A stretch of DNA of 64,000 bases. Origin: Pseudomonadota bacterium (GTDB taxonomy: Bacteria; Bdellovibrionota_B; Oligoflexia; Oligoflexales; CAIMVM01). The notes under the pieces were generated by a model that was given only the letters and a program-made list of their open reading frames with translations, was not told where the DNA came from and ran no database searches. Of this stretch, positions 1-9,488 are shown piece by piece; the first letter of the stretch is position 1, and the number at the start of each line of letters is the position of its first letter. The stretch lies in the NCBI GenBank assembly GCA_037142195.1, contig JBAXBA010000001.1, positions 32,001-96,000 on the forward strand, written 5' to 3'. A program made the translations under genes and the position numbers.

Positions 1-428
1 TTTGCCACCATCCGAAACGAATCATTTTGACCAAAAATATCCATCAGCTTTTGGCCAAGGTCTCGAGCACTGTGACGAGAAACCGGCACATCATTAATCC
101 AAGTCCCATTTTTTCCTTTTGCCGAAATAGATCTTCTAAGAATCACTTCGCCAATTCCATTTTCCTCATAAGGAATGCCCAGCTCTTCAAGTTGAGCTAC
201 GATAGGATGAGATTTTTCTAATGTAAAGATTCCGCTAATCTCAGCCCTTTCAGACCCTGATCGAATCATTTCAGTGCCCAACTTGCCACCAAGCAATGCC
301 GAAAGTGCTTTTATCAAAATGGACTTACCAGCGCCTGTTTCTCCTGTAAGAACATTGAAACTAGAAGAAAAATCAACTTGCAGTTCATCGATAATTCCAA
401 AATCTTTAATTCGAAGTGTCGAAATCAT
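1..428 (-). CDS. recN: DNA repair protein RecN, N-terminal part (runs off window)
   Basis: Not in ORF track. Manual minus-strand translation from ATG at 428 gives MISTLRIKDFGIIDELQVDFSSSFNVLTGETGAGKSILIKAL, the RecN N-terminus with Walker A. Confidence 0.93.
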   Translation of the reverse strand, partial: MISTLRIKDFGIIDELQVDFSSSFNVLTGETGAGKSILIKALSALLGGKLGTEMIRSGSERAEISGIFTLEKSHPIVAQLEELGIPYEENGIGEVILRRSISAKGKNGTWINDVPVSRHSARDLGQKLMDIFGQNDSFRMVA

Positions 429-437
429 TTAAGTTCC

Positions 438-1832
438 TCACAGCAAAGGCGCTAATATTCTAGCGCCATTATTTCTAAGTTTTATGAGTTTTCTAATCTT
501 TCTGATTTCTGGCTTAAATTCCGATGAAAAACTTAAATCGTTTTCGAGCATCTTCTCTACCTTAGAAGCAAAGTTTTTGTCAAGAATCAGAATATTTGTC
601 TCAAAATTAAGATACATCGCTCTATTGTCAAAGTTAGACGTGCTTACCGAGGCAACATCATCATCTAAGAGAACAATTTTTTGATGAAGAAATCCAGGTT
701 CATAAGTATAAATCTTAACGCCCCGGTTCTGCATTTGCTCAGCATAACTCAACGTCAACATGTGCACAAAGCGTTTAGACGCAATCTTTGGTATCAGTAT
801 TCTAACATCGACGCCTCTTAGGACGGCGAGTTCCAAGTCTCGTTGCAAATAGTCGTCCGGAATAAAGTATGGAGTACTCACCCATATTCGTTTTTCAACC
901 GTTTGAATCATCTCAGAAAAAACCATACCCCCAATATTATTCTTATCATATGGTCCTGTGGGAATTACTTGAATCGAATACGGCCAGTTCTTAGAGATTG
1001 AGGTATCGTTACTAGGAAATTGGAGATTTTCACCGGTAGCAAAAAGCCAATCTTCTCTAAATACATCAAGGAGATTCTTAACTATAGGTCCTTCAATTTT
1101 AAGGTGGGTATCTCGCCACTGGTTGGGCGCTCGGCGGGTATATTCTTCCCCAATATTGACTCCTCCGGCGAATGCCTGCATACCGTCAATAACGACAAGC
1201 TTTCGATGATTGCGATTATTTATGAAAAATATTCTACCTAAATTCATAAGCGGCAAAAAATGCGCAAATTTTACTCCTGAATCTTTGAGAGCAAAGAAAA
1301 ATTCTTCTTTTAGTCCAAAGGAACCTAGCTTATCGATGAGTAGATATACCTTTACACCTTCATTGGCCTTTCTAATCAGATGCTCCTTAAGGGCTCTGCC
1401 AATACTATCAGAGCGCAAAATATAATACTGAACAACAATGAAATTTTTAGCCTGGGTAATGGCTAAAAAGATTTCTTCAAAAGTTTTGTTGCCATCGACA
1501 AGCAATTCGGCGTGACCCTGATTGGGCCGATAGACTTCGCCAAAGCTTGAAAAGATCTGTTCAAATCTTTCTTCTTTTGTTTTTTTGGGGGTCAGTTGTC
1601 GATAAAAATCAGGGTTCCTTGGTGCTTTACTCCACTTTGGTGCAAAGCCTTTAACTCTGCGACCTCCCACAAACCAATAAAGAGGGACAGAGATCCAAGG
1701 CAGAGCGATTACAGCCCAAATCCAGGAAACACTGGCTGCTGTATTGTGGCGGGTATCGAGAATCTTTAAAATGGTAAGACCAACGAGCATATAAATAAAG
1801 AATTCTGGCCAACCAAAATTCCAATTTATCAT
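438..1832 (-). CDS. cls: Cardiolipin synthase (PLD family)
   Basis: Two N-terminal TM helices and two HKD motifs (NHRKLVVID, LHQKIVLLD); also WRDTH and STPYFIPD. Confidence 0.93.
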   Translation of the reverse strand: MINWNFGWPEFFIYMLVGLTILKILDTRHNTAASVSWIWAVIALPWISVPLYWFVGGRRVKGFAPKWSKAPRNPDFYRQLTPKKTKEERFEQIFSSFGEVYRPNQGHAELLVDGNKTFEEIFLAITQAKNFIVVQYYILRSDSIGRALKEHLIRKANEGVKVYLLIDKLGSFGLKEEFFFALKDSGVKFAHFLPLMNLGRIFFINNRNHRKLVVIDGMQAFAGGVNIGEEYTRRAPNQWRDTHLKIEGPIVKNLLDVFREDWLFATGENLQFPSNDTSISKNWPYSIQVIPTGPYDKNNIGGMVFSEMIQTVEKRIWVSTPYFIPDDYLQRDLELAVLRGVDVRILIPKIASKRFVHMLTLSYAEQMQNRGVKIYTYEPGFLHQKIVLLDDDVASVSTSNFDNRAMYLNFETNILILDKNFASKVEKMLENDLSFSSEFKPEIRKIRKLIKLRNNGARILAPLL

Positions 1833-1835
1833 TTT

Positions 1836-2162
1836 TCAGCTCCCAAATCTTCTGAGAATACCCGTGACTTTTGTGCTCGCCAAAAAAAGCAAATCAGCAC
1901 TGGACCATTCGCCATCTTTAGCTTTACGCATGGTGTAAGCGATTAGCTCATGATCGCCTTCAAAACAATCTCGGATAGCATCCAGCGCATTCTTGAACTC
2001 AGAGGTGTCGATGGCTGCATGGACAAGCATATTAGCAGCCTTTTCTAAATCGGCACTCGCAGCGTCTTCGCCTTCGTCTTTTAATAACGAAGTAAATTCC
2101 AATATGGCCGCTTGGAGCTCCTTGACTGAATCTGACTTCGAACGTTTTCTTACAATGGCCAT
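1836..2162 (-). CDS. Hypothetical helical protein
   Basis: ORF ends 3 nt before cls start; likely ATG at 2162 (MAIVRKRS); no recognised motif. Confidence 0.65.
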   Translation of the reverse strand: MAIVRKRSKSDSVKELQAAILEFTSLLKDEGEDAASADLEKAANMLVHAAIDTSEFKNALDAIRDCFEGDHELIAYTMRKAKDGEWSSADLLFLASTKVTGILRRFGS

Positions 2163-2889
2163 GAGTTTCCCAATGATATCGGTTAGCACTCGTTACTTTA
2201 GTGGATTGGGCCAAAAATGCAATCCACGATTGATCGTGGACGTCAATCGCGTTTTCGGAAAAATCATCAATAAATGCGGCTTATTATCCCAATGGGCAGA
2301 CAACCTGATTTTAAAATTATGCCCTTCTGCCAATAGCAGACTTGGAATAACCTTGGAAAACGCCTCCAACATAGAACGGAATTTCTTGCCATATCAGATT
2401 CAGGCGATAGAGGTTACGCAACACCAATGAGGTAATTTGCAAATGTGGGCTTGCCTTTAAGCATGCATACTCTTTATTTTGGCTTCAGACTGATAGGTTT
2501 TTTTAGAGATGGCTTAGGTAGACGAGTTTCTAGTTGCATTCAAGTCCTCGAAATCAAGAATTCTTTTTTTAGATGGGACTGTAGGTCACTCATTAACCCT
2601 ATGCTAGTTTCTTGATTGAGACAGCTACCAATGGTTGCTTATCTTGATGGTTGGACATGAGACAGAGGACTCCTTGTGTTTTCATGTTTAACTTTTTGGG
2701 AATGGCTGATGCTCCCCATTCTTGTGGATGATCCTAAATTTCCCTCTTACTCACAAAAGATATGAGGGAGATGGAACATGTTGCTTTATTTCTTTCAGTT
2801 CATACCAAGATCAATCGATGAAGTGGGAAATGAACAGTGAACTTGTTATGTACAAGTTTGCGTAAGTTTCATGTAGCGGGTGTCACTTG

Positions 2890-2925
2890 AAAAAAGCCAT
2901 TTCCGATAGAACCGAAAATGGCTTT
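2890..2925 (-). terminator. Intrinsic terminator after tRNA pair
   Basis: Minus strand AAAGCCATTTTCGGTTCTATCGGAAATGGCTTTTTT: stem-loop plus U tract. Confidence 0.8.
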
Positions 2926-2935
2926 GTTTCATTTG

Positions 2936-3011
2936 TGGCGTCCCCTGGGGGATTCGAACCCCCGTTACCGCCGTGAAAGGGCGGTGTCCTGGGCCTCTAG
3001 ACGAAGGGGAC
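2936..3011 (-). tRNA. tRNA-Glu (TTC)
   Basis: GTCCCCTTCGTCTAGAGGCCCAGGACACCGCCCTTTCACGGCGGTAACGGGGGTTCGAATCCCCCAGGGGACGCCA: 76-nt cloverleaf with CCA end. Confidence 0.97.
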
Positions 3012-3022
3012 CAACTTTGGAG

Positions 3023-3098
3023 TGGTGAGCTCACCTGGACTCGAACCAGGGACCCGCACATTAAAAGTGTGCTGCTCTACCAGCTGAGCTATGAGCCC
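3023..3098 (-). tRNA. tRNA-Lys (TTT)
   Basis: GGGCTCATAGCTCAGCTGGTAGAGCAGCACACTTTTAATGTGCGGGTCCCTGGTTCGAGTCCAGGTGAGCTCACCA: 76-nt cloverleaf with CCA end. Confidence 0.97.
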
Positions 3099-3151
3099 AC
3101 TCCGGAAACCAAATCTCTACTGCCAAAGCAGCGTCAATCGAGTGGGAGGGT

Positions 3152-3179
3152 TGTATATGTTTGGGGTGGATTCTGTCAA
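3152..3179 (-). promoter_or_regulatory. Sigma-70-type promoter for tRNA operon
   Basis: Minus strand TTGACA-N16-TATACA about 55 nt upstream of tRNA-Lys. Confidence 0.55.
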
Positions 3180-3389
3180 CACTAAATTGTGAATTCTCAA
3201 TAATTTTTTAGTGCCGTTGTCATAGCCATTCCAGCCTACCGCTAGGATTAAATTCAGGCATTTGAAGGCTTTAGATGGATAATTGCATGACTCTTGATGG
3301 GAACCCGTGTGCACTAATTGCTCACGCTTGGGCGCATTTTAAGATTGCTTGACTAAGGCGAGGGCGCCAGCAGCATGCTCTTGGGTTCA

Positions 3390-3614
3390 GTCCCATAGTG
3401 TGGCGTCACTATATCTGTGAATCGAATTTTAGCGGAGGAACCTGGAATTCCTTCGGTTGTGGCAGATAATTTGGATTCCTAAGAGCTGCGGTTTATTCTC
3501 ACAGGACGTGGCGATGAATCTAGCTGCAATTTTTCTCGAAAAATCGTATGAATAGATTCTCAAAGGCTAATTCTGATTCTTTAGCCCCAAGGAAGCATCG
3601 ACCGGCCCTAAGGT
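3390..3614 (+). ncRNA. ssrS: Probable 6S RNA (long rod-shaped RNA with central bubble)
   Basis: Non-coding, with nested pairings: 3392-3407/3600-3613, TGTGAATC 3416-3423/GATTCTCA 3555-3562, GGTTGTGGCAGAT 3455-3467/3518-3531, apical 3477-3485/3498-3506. Also a hairpin 3565-3586 in the 3' bubble and TTGACT upstream at 3349. Confidence 0.55.
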
Positions 3615-3651
3615 TAGCGGTGTATTTCTTTAATCGCTTGGAAGGCACATT

Positions 3652-4629
3652 ATGAAGGTTTTGACTAAAGAAGAATATGCTGGCAGCTTAAGCAGCGAAA
3701 CCATTAAGCAGGGGTACTTAGCCTCATCTCAGACCGAGCTCAGCACGGAACGATTTATTTTTGCTTGTTATGAGTCCGTAAAAATTCATGAAAAAATTGA
3801 GGGTTTGTTTAAAAAGGATTTTGAATGGCCTTGTGTGGCCAAGAAGGAATCCTCGTTTGCCTCAACATTAACCCAAATGTTGGAATGGCATTTTTCTAAT
3901 CACCTGGCTGATCTGGCAAATAAAGTTCTAAGCATCTCTAATTTAACTTATGTTTCCATTCATATGGCCCACCTGGAAAAGGACTTTAGACGCCTCTGTT
4001 TAGAAAGCGGGATGATAGACACCCGTGATGGACGGCCCCTTCAAGTCGCATTAAATGACTTACTTATGGCCATTGATAAGGTTTTCTCAAAGTATATAAA
4101 GGATTTATCCAAGAGTTTTTTCACTTGGCTTTATTCTAAGCCAAAACTGTCTGTAGTCGATTTTAATCAGGTTCCGCCTGTAGGACGATACGCCAGAATG
4201 GTCATAAACGCGCGCAATAGGTCACCTTCATCTCATCCAGAAACTCAGGAAAAGTCTTCTGAAATCGAAGTTGCAGTGCCTTCTGACGCAGTCGAGGGCA
4301 GAAGGCCTTCTAGAGAAGCTTCTCCGCGAAAGGAAGCTGTGGGAACCCCAGATAGAAATGCTAGGCCCAAACAAGCTCGTGTGGACCGTGGGCCGCGAGA
4401 GAGGAAGCCTGATCAGGAAAAGGATATGGAGCAAGAAGCAGCCACTCTGGCTCTCGTCGATGTAGCTATACAGTCTTTATCGTCAAACTTAGACCTAAAA
4501 GAAGTCGTCCTTGCCCCACAAAATTCATACTATCGACGCTTACAGCACCAAAAGGCGGTTGATGCAGGCTTTATTTCTGACTCCGTCGGTGAGGGGAAAG
4601 AAAGAGCTGTTAAAATTTCTCGGGCCTGA
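3652..4629 (+). CDS. R3H-domain nucleic-acid-binding protein
   Basis: C-terminal LAPQNSYYRRLQHQ...SDSVGEGKERAVKI (RxxxH), preceded by a disordered linker. Confidence 0.8.
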   Translation: MKVLTKEEYAGSLSSETIKQGYLASSQTELSTERFIFACYESVKIHEKIEGLFKKDFEWPCVAKKESSFASTLTQMLEWHFSNHLADLANKVLSISNLTYVSIHMAHLEKDFRRLCLESGMIDTRDGRPLQVALNDLLMAIDKVFSKYIKDLSKSFFTWLYSKPKLSVVDFNQVPPVGRYARMVINARNRSPSSHPETQEKSSEIEVAVPSDAVEGRRPSREASPRKEAVGTPDRNARPKQARVDRGPRERKPDQEKDMEQEAATLALVDVAIQSLSSNLDLKEVVLAPQNSYYRRLQHQKAVDAGFISDSVGEGKERAVKISRA

Positions 4630-4796
4630 TATGTCCTTCGTTTTTAATTGGGCGCCGAAGGCAGGTATCCTCTTATTATTTTATATTATTTTAGCTGCGA
4701 TTTTCAAACGGCAGCTAAAACAACAATTGGGTACCCGATTATCCTTCCATCTAAAGCTTGCCTCTAAAGACACTGTGCTCTTAGTAGGATTGAAGT

Positions 4797-5771
4797 CTAG
4801 ACTTGCTCCACTATTTGGTGAATATTGCCAAAAAGGGACATCCCATCTTTGGAAAACATTTCGATATCTACGCTGTCGCCTGGCTTCATAAATGGAGTCG
4901 TAGCGACTTTATTAGCAATAATTTCGATCATACGTTTTTCAGCAAGGCAGCTTGAACCACGGGAAATATCCTCGTTTGACACGGTGCCACTTCCAAGGAT
5001 AGTTCCTGCTGTGTAGGATCTCGTTTTAGTAATATGCTCAATCAATTCAAAAAATGAAAAATGCATTTCTGGGCCCGCATTGGGGTGGCCAAATACATTG
5101 CCATTGTACTTAGTGATAAGATCCAAATGAACTCTTCCATTGTTCCATGCATCACCAAGCTCATCGGGAGTGACGCAAAAGGGTGAGAATGCAGTAGCAG
5201 GCTTCGAGTTAAAAAATCCAAACCCCTTTTCCAGTTCTGCGGGTATCAACCCTCGAAGCGAAACGTCATTGGCGATCATCACTAACCTCACGTACTTTGA
5301 GGCGTCAGCCGCTTTAGTGAACATGGGAGTGTCTCCCAATACAACGCAAACTTCAGCTTCGAAATCTAATCCCCACGAGTCGTCTTTCCAGGGGATCGGA
5401 CTATTTGGCGCCAAAAAGGTACCTGAACCCCCTTGATAGACGAGGGGATCGGTCCGAAGTGTGGCTGGCGGTTCTGCATTTCGCGCCTTTCTCACGAGGA
5501 GGACATGATTAATATAAGAAGATGCATCTACCCATTCGAATGCTCTGGGAAGTGGGGAGTGAAAATCTTCTGGGTTTACCTTTTGGCCGAAAGCACCCTC
5601 ATTCAACTCTTTATATATTTGCTCAAGTTGAGGTTTAACTGTGTCCCAATGGTCTAGGGCTTGCTGCAAATTAGCAGCCACTGGCGCTGCTGAAGTCCAC
5701 CTAGAATTGTCCCGGCTCACCACAACTAACGTGCCGTCTCGCGAGTCAGACTTTAATGTGCCAAGTTTCAT
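4797..5771 (-). CDS. Fumarylacetoacetate hydrolase family protein
   Basis: MKLGTLK..RDGTLVVVSRD, DFEAEV, NDVSLR, GSGTVSN motifs. Confidence 0.93.
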   Translation of the reverse strand: MKLGTLKSDSRDGTLVVVSRDNSRWTSAAPVAANLQQALDHWDTVKPQLEQIYKELNEGAFGQKVNPEDFHSPLPRAFEWVDASSYINHVLLVRKARNAEPPATLRTDPLVYQGGSGTFLAPNSPIPWKDDSWGLDFEAEVCVVLGDTPMFTKAADASKYVRLVMIANDVSLRGLIPAELEKGFGFFNSKPATAFSPFCVTPDELGDAWNNGRVHLDLITKYNGNVFGHPNAGPEMHFSFFELIEHITKTRSYTAGTILGSGTVSNEDISRGSSCLAEKRMIEIIANKVATTPFMKPGDSVDIEMFSKDGMSLFGNIHQIVEQV

Positions 5772-7285
5772 TAGACATCTCCCGATAAGTTTACAGAGTC
5801 CTTGAGGTACTTAATCTCACTGTTAGTAAGTTGACGATATTCTCCAGCTGGCAAATCATCGGGCAGTCTCAGATCCCCAAACCCATACCGCACCAAACGC
5901 ACGACTTTAAAACCAAAATGTTCAAACATGCGTCTCACAAGGCGGTTCCTTCCCTCGAAAACGGTAATAAAATACCAAGACCCTCGCGACTGGCCTAGGT
6001 TTACGGAGTGGGCAAAGATCACCTCAGATTTACCGGTAATCCCATCTTCAAGTTCTATCCCCCTGCGAAGTGCTGACTCCTCTTCATAAGATAATCGGCC
6101 GTCAATAAGCACATTATAATATCGAGGGACCTTATATTTAGGATGAGCTAGCCTGTGCACAAGCTCGCCGTCATTACTCAGAAGAAGAAGTCCTTCAGTC
6201 CTATAATCAAGCCGCCCCACTGGAGAAACTAGAAATTGTAAATCTCTCGTGGAATGCAGATCATAAATACTCATTCTGCCCGTTCCATCGGGGCGGGAAG
6301 TGAGCACCATATCTGGCTTATTTAAAAGCCAATAGACACGAGGAGGTGGAGTGTTGTTTATATGACGGCCAATGACTGTTACCTTATCGGTATTAGGATC
6401 TATGCGCATTCCCTGTTCAGTGACCAACTTCCCATTTACAAAAACCTTGCCTTCTTCAATCCACCCCTCTGCCTCTCGCCTGGACGCAATTCCTTGAATG
6501 GAAAGCCACTTTTGGATTCTGATACCTTGAGAGGGATCGCCGGCCGATGGACCGGAAAGATCAGCATCAGTCCTTGGCTGTGTCAATGCCCGGTTTTTTA
6601 CGGAACGAGCAGAAGTTGTTGAGGTTTTCGCTGCCCTGGCACGTGGCTTTAGAGGGCGTCTTTCCGTTACCTGAAAAGAGTCTCTTTCCGTATTTCGGGG
6701 GACTCGCTTAGGGGCTGCGACATCTCTATCTCCCTCGCTTAAAGGGGCCTTCTTAACAAAGGGTCTAACTGTTTTGGAATCTTGTGGTGATCGATTGCCA
6801 TTTCTAAATCTTTCTAATGCCGAAGGCTTCGGCTTAGCGCTGTCTGCACTTCTATCCTGGGTGGCACGAGTGGGCGTTTTTTTAATGCCCTTTGTCTCAC
6901 TACTGTCTTTGGGAAGACGGCGATCTGAATTCCCGCGAAATTCTCCAGGTCGTTTTCTTGTTTCATCAAAAGCATGGGATTTGTCTCGCGAGCGAGGCCT
7001 AGCTGATATCGAATCTTTTTTATCTGTTTTTTTAGCATCTAAAGACTCGCGGCGGTTTCCTTTAGGAAAGGAGTCTAAGTGCTTTTTTTCAGCATTTAGC
7101 GAGGTAGACGCAGCGCTTGGTCTCCTAGGTTTAGAACCCGCTGCCCGATCTGACTTCGCCTCTACTGAAGGCTTCTTCTGGCTTTTTTCCCCTTGCTCAT
7201 AAGGAACCTTAGGCGAATCCTCTTCGCTTTTAGAAGGTGAATTAGTACTTTTCTTCGGAGTTGTCGTCATCTTCAAATCCACCAT
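5771..7285 (-). CDS. rluB: rRNA pseudouridine synthase (RluB/RsuA family) with long basic N-terminal extension
   Basis: S4 domain (RIQKWLS..GIASRREAE), GRLDYRTEGLLLL, EGRNRLVRRM; follows scpB. Confidence 0.9.
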   Translation of the reverse strand: MVDLKMTTTPKKSTNSPSKSEEDSPKVPYEQGEKSQKKPSVEAKSDRAAGSKPRRPSAASTSLNAEKKHLDSFPKGNRRESLDAKKTDKKDSISARPRSRDKSHAFDETRKRPGEFRGNSDRRLPKDSSETKGIKKTPTRATQDRSADSAKPKPSALERFRNGNRSPQDSKTVRPFVKKAPLSEGDRDVAAPKRVPRNTERDSFQVTERRPLKPRARAAKTSTTSARSVKNRALTQPRTDADLSGPSAGDPSQGIRIQKWLSIQGIASRREAEGWIEEGKVFVNGKLVTEQGMRIDPNTDKVTVIGRHINNTPPPRVYWLLNKPDMVLTSRPDGTGRMSIYDLHSTRDLQFLVSPVGRLDYRTEGLLLLSNDGELVHRLAHPKYKVPRYYNVLIDGRLSYEEESALRRGIELEDGITGKSEVIFAHSVNLGQSRGSWYFITVFEGRNRLVRRMFEHFGFKVVRLVRYGFGDLRLPDDLPAGEYRQLTNSEIKYLKDSVNLSGDV

Positions 7286-8411
7286 CTAAATCCCCAAGAA
7301 AGACTCCCTGGGGGCGTGCCTCATGCTCATCGTTTTTCGCTTTTGTAGCGCCCTGCAATGCCCTCTTGATTTCAAGAGGAGGCCCCTCCTTTATCATTGG
7401 TTGAGGCATGTTGTCATGGGCAATCGCCGTGAAAGTGTCGGAGTCCCCTGATTCTTCGAGGTCAGAGCCCTCGACTTCCCTAGGCGCCCCCTCTAAAGAT
7501 AGGTCCTCTTCTTCCATCTGCTCGTCATAGTTTCCTACGAAGTCCGCCGGCCCTTCCGTCTCATCACCTTTTTCAATGGCTTCTAGCGCATTTTTCATAA
7601 TTTCATGGGAAGGCTGAAACGCCTCAAGCGGCGGCAGCTCTGCTAAAGAATGAAGTGCATAAACCTGTAAAAACTCATCGGTAGTGCCGAAAAGCATGGG
7701 GCGACCCGAATCTTCTTTTCGTCCTACACATTTAATCAAGTTTCGATCTAGAAGGTTCTTCATGATACTGCCAGCGTCAACACCCCTAATAAACTCGATA
7801 TCAGCACGGGTAACCGGCTGCCGATAGGCGATAATAGCAAGTGTCTCTTGGGCAGCCCGAGAAATCGGTCTAGGACGGGATGAAAACATACGCTCCATTA
7901 CTTCGCCTGCCGCCGGATCCGTCTGAAATTGATAGCCATGCCGGACATTTTCAAGCTTAAACCCGCCTTTTCGGGCGCGGTAGAATCGCACGAGGGAAGA
8001 AATGACCTCGGAAACTTCTTTTGAAGTAACCGATTCATCAGCCAAAATCTCCAAAATATCCCCGACCTTAAGGGGCTTGGGAGAGGCAAATAGAATAGCT
8101 TCCACAATGGAAGCCAAATCTAAAGCTTCCAAAGGCGCGGGAACACCCGCTGACAGCGACGAAGTCTCACCACCTTCCAGAATTTCGTCCTTCTCACTAG
8201 CAAGCAAAGTCTCGGATTCGGAAGATTCAGAAGAGAAGGCATCAGGCATAGACCCAACTAAAGAAATCTCTAAGGGATCCACCACCTCAAACATGGACTC
8301 GAGGTTTTCACCCAATAACTCATCAAAGTTGGGCTCTTCCACTGGTGGTGAAGGCTCTACTGAAGTCACATCAGATTTATCTAAATCCAAATCTTCAAAA
8401 TTACGGTTCAT
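7242..8411 (-). CDS. scpB: SMC-Scp complex subunit ScpB with acidic tails
   Basis: VEAILFAS, ETLAIIAYRQPVTRADIEFIRGVD, GRPMLFGTTDEFL. Confidence 0.95.
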   Translation of the reverse strand: MNRNFEDLDLDKSDVTSVEPSPPVEEPNFDELLGENLESMFEVVDPLEISLVGSMPDAFSSESSESETLLASEKDEILEGGETSSLSAGVPAPLEALDLASIVEAILFASPKPLKVGDILEILADESVTSKEVSEVISSLVRFYRARKGGFKLENVRHGYQFQTDPAAGEVMERMFSSRPRPISRAAQETLAIIAYRQPVTRADIEFIRGVDAGSIMKNLLDRNLIKCVGRKEDSGRPMLFGTTDEFLQVYALHSLAELPPLEAFQPSHEIMKNALEAIEKGDETEGPADFVGNYDEQMEEEDLSLEGAPREVEGSDLEESGDSDTFTAIAHDNMPQPMIKEGPPLEIKRALQGATKAKNDEHEARPQGVFLGDLDGGFEDDDNSEEKY

Positions 8412-9232
8412 AGAACGTCCCCTGCTTGCTCATGTTGTTTTGGAATATCCTGCCAAGAGCTAAAGTCTTCTTCTGTCGCTGGCAGCTCTTCTAGAGTTAA
8501 ATCTTTTCTATATAACCAAATGGGTCCCATCATGGTTTCTTGATGTAAATTCATCTCGCCGTCTCGAACCAGCTGAAGAGCCGCTAAAATATGTGCGACA
8601 AAATTGTATCTTGCAGGAAACTTTAAATAGAGCCCCTGGAATAGACAAAACCGCGCCTCCTGGATAAACTCCCGCATCTCTTCAATGACCTGCTCGACTG
8701 TTATGCGGTGGGTTTTTGCCTTAACTCTTGACGGCTTACGGTCTGCTAATTCGGCTAGCATCTGCTCATATAGAACGACCAAATGACTCGCATCGCCTTT
8801 GAGGGGTGACTCTATGTGCTCATACATAGGCCCAAGTCGCGACCATTCCTGATTAGAAATGCGTTTAAATCCTGCCTCAGCGACATGGGCAAAGTGTTCC
8901 CCTGCGCGCCTAAACATATCGTATTGCTGAAGTCTATATTCTAAGGTCTTCTGGGGATCCTCATCTTCAATTCCCGCTTCACGTTGCTTTTTTTCGTCTT
9001 TAGGCAGCAGGCTTTCTGACTTGATTTCCAAAAGATGGGCTGCCATACCCATAAAGGCTGCGGCGTCAGAAAGATCACGAAATTTCATAACGCGAAGATA
9101 TTCAATATACTGAAACGTGAGTAAATAAAGATCGATATCAAATATATTTAACTGATGTTCACGAATTAAATGTAAAAGCAAATCCAAAGGACCTTCAAAT
9201 TGCTCTAATTTTACAAAATAGCTACTGGACAC
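8408..9232 (-). CDS. scpA: Segregation/condensation protein ScpA
   Basis: FEGPLDLLLHLI motif; overlaps scpB start. Confidence 0.95.
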   Translation of the reverse strand: MSSSYFVKLEQFEGPLDLLLHLIREHQLNIFDIDLYLLTFQYIEYLRVMKFRDLSDAAAFMGMAAHLLEIKSESLLPKDEKKQREAGIEDEDPQKTLEYRLQQYDMFRRAGEHFAHVAEAGFKRISNQEWSRLGPMYEHIESPLKGDASHLVVLYEQMLAELADRKPSRVKAKTHRITVEQVIEEMREFIQEARFCLFQGLYLKFPARYNFVAHILAALQLVRDGEMNLHQETMMGPIWLYRKDLTLEELPATEEDFSSWQDIPKQHEQAGDVL

Positions 9233-9488
9233 TCAAACTCCAAACCTAGCCTACAACTTATAAAGATTAAATGAATCCTAAGACCTTTATAATGAAACTG
9301 GAACCTAGTTTCCACTAGGATTCTCTGGTATCGCTCCCATTTCACTCAAAACCCGCCATTTATTGCAAGAACACTTAAGAACTGATAGTTTCTAGATGCT
9401 GTGCTAATTAATCCTGGCCCCCTTGAGAGGCAAGGCGTAGAAGCGAATCGAGAACTCGTTTAACCTACTTAATATTTGGGCGCTAAAG

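Noticed and set aside
2200..2935. Integrative element at the tRNA-Glu 3' end
   Set aside because: No integrase and no duplicated tRNA 3' end seen; the gap has no credible ORF (1993-2430 is largely antisense to a real gene).
2846..3185. ORFs 2846-3061 and 2973-3185
   Set aside because: They overlap the two tRNA genes; spurious.
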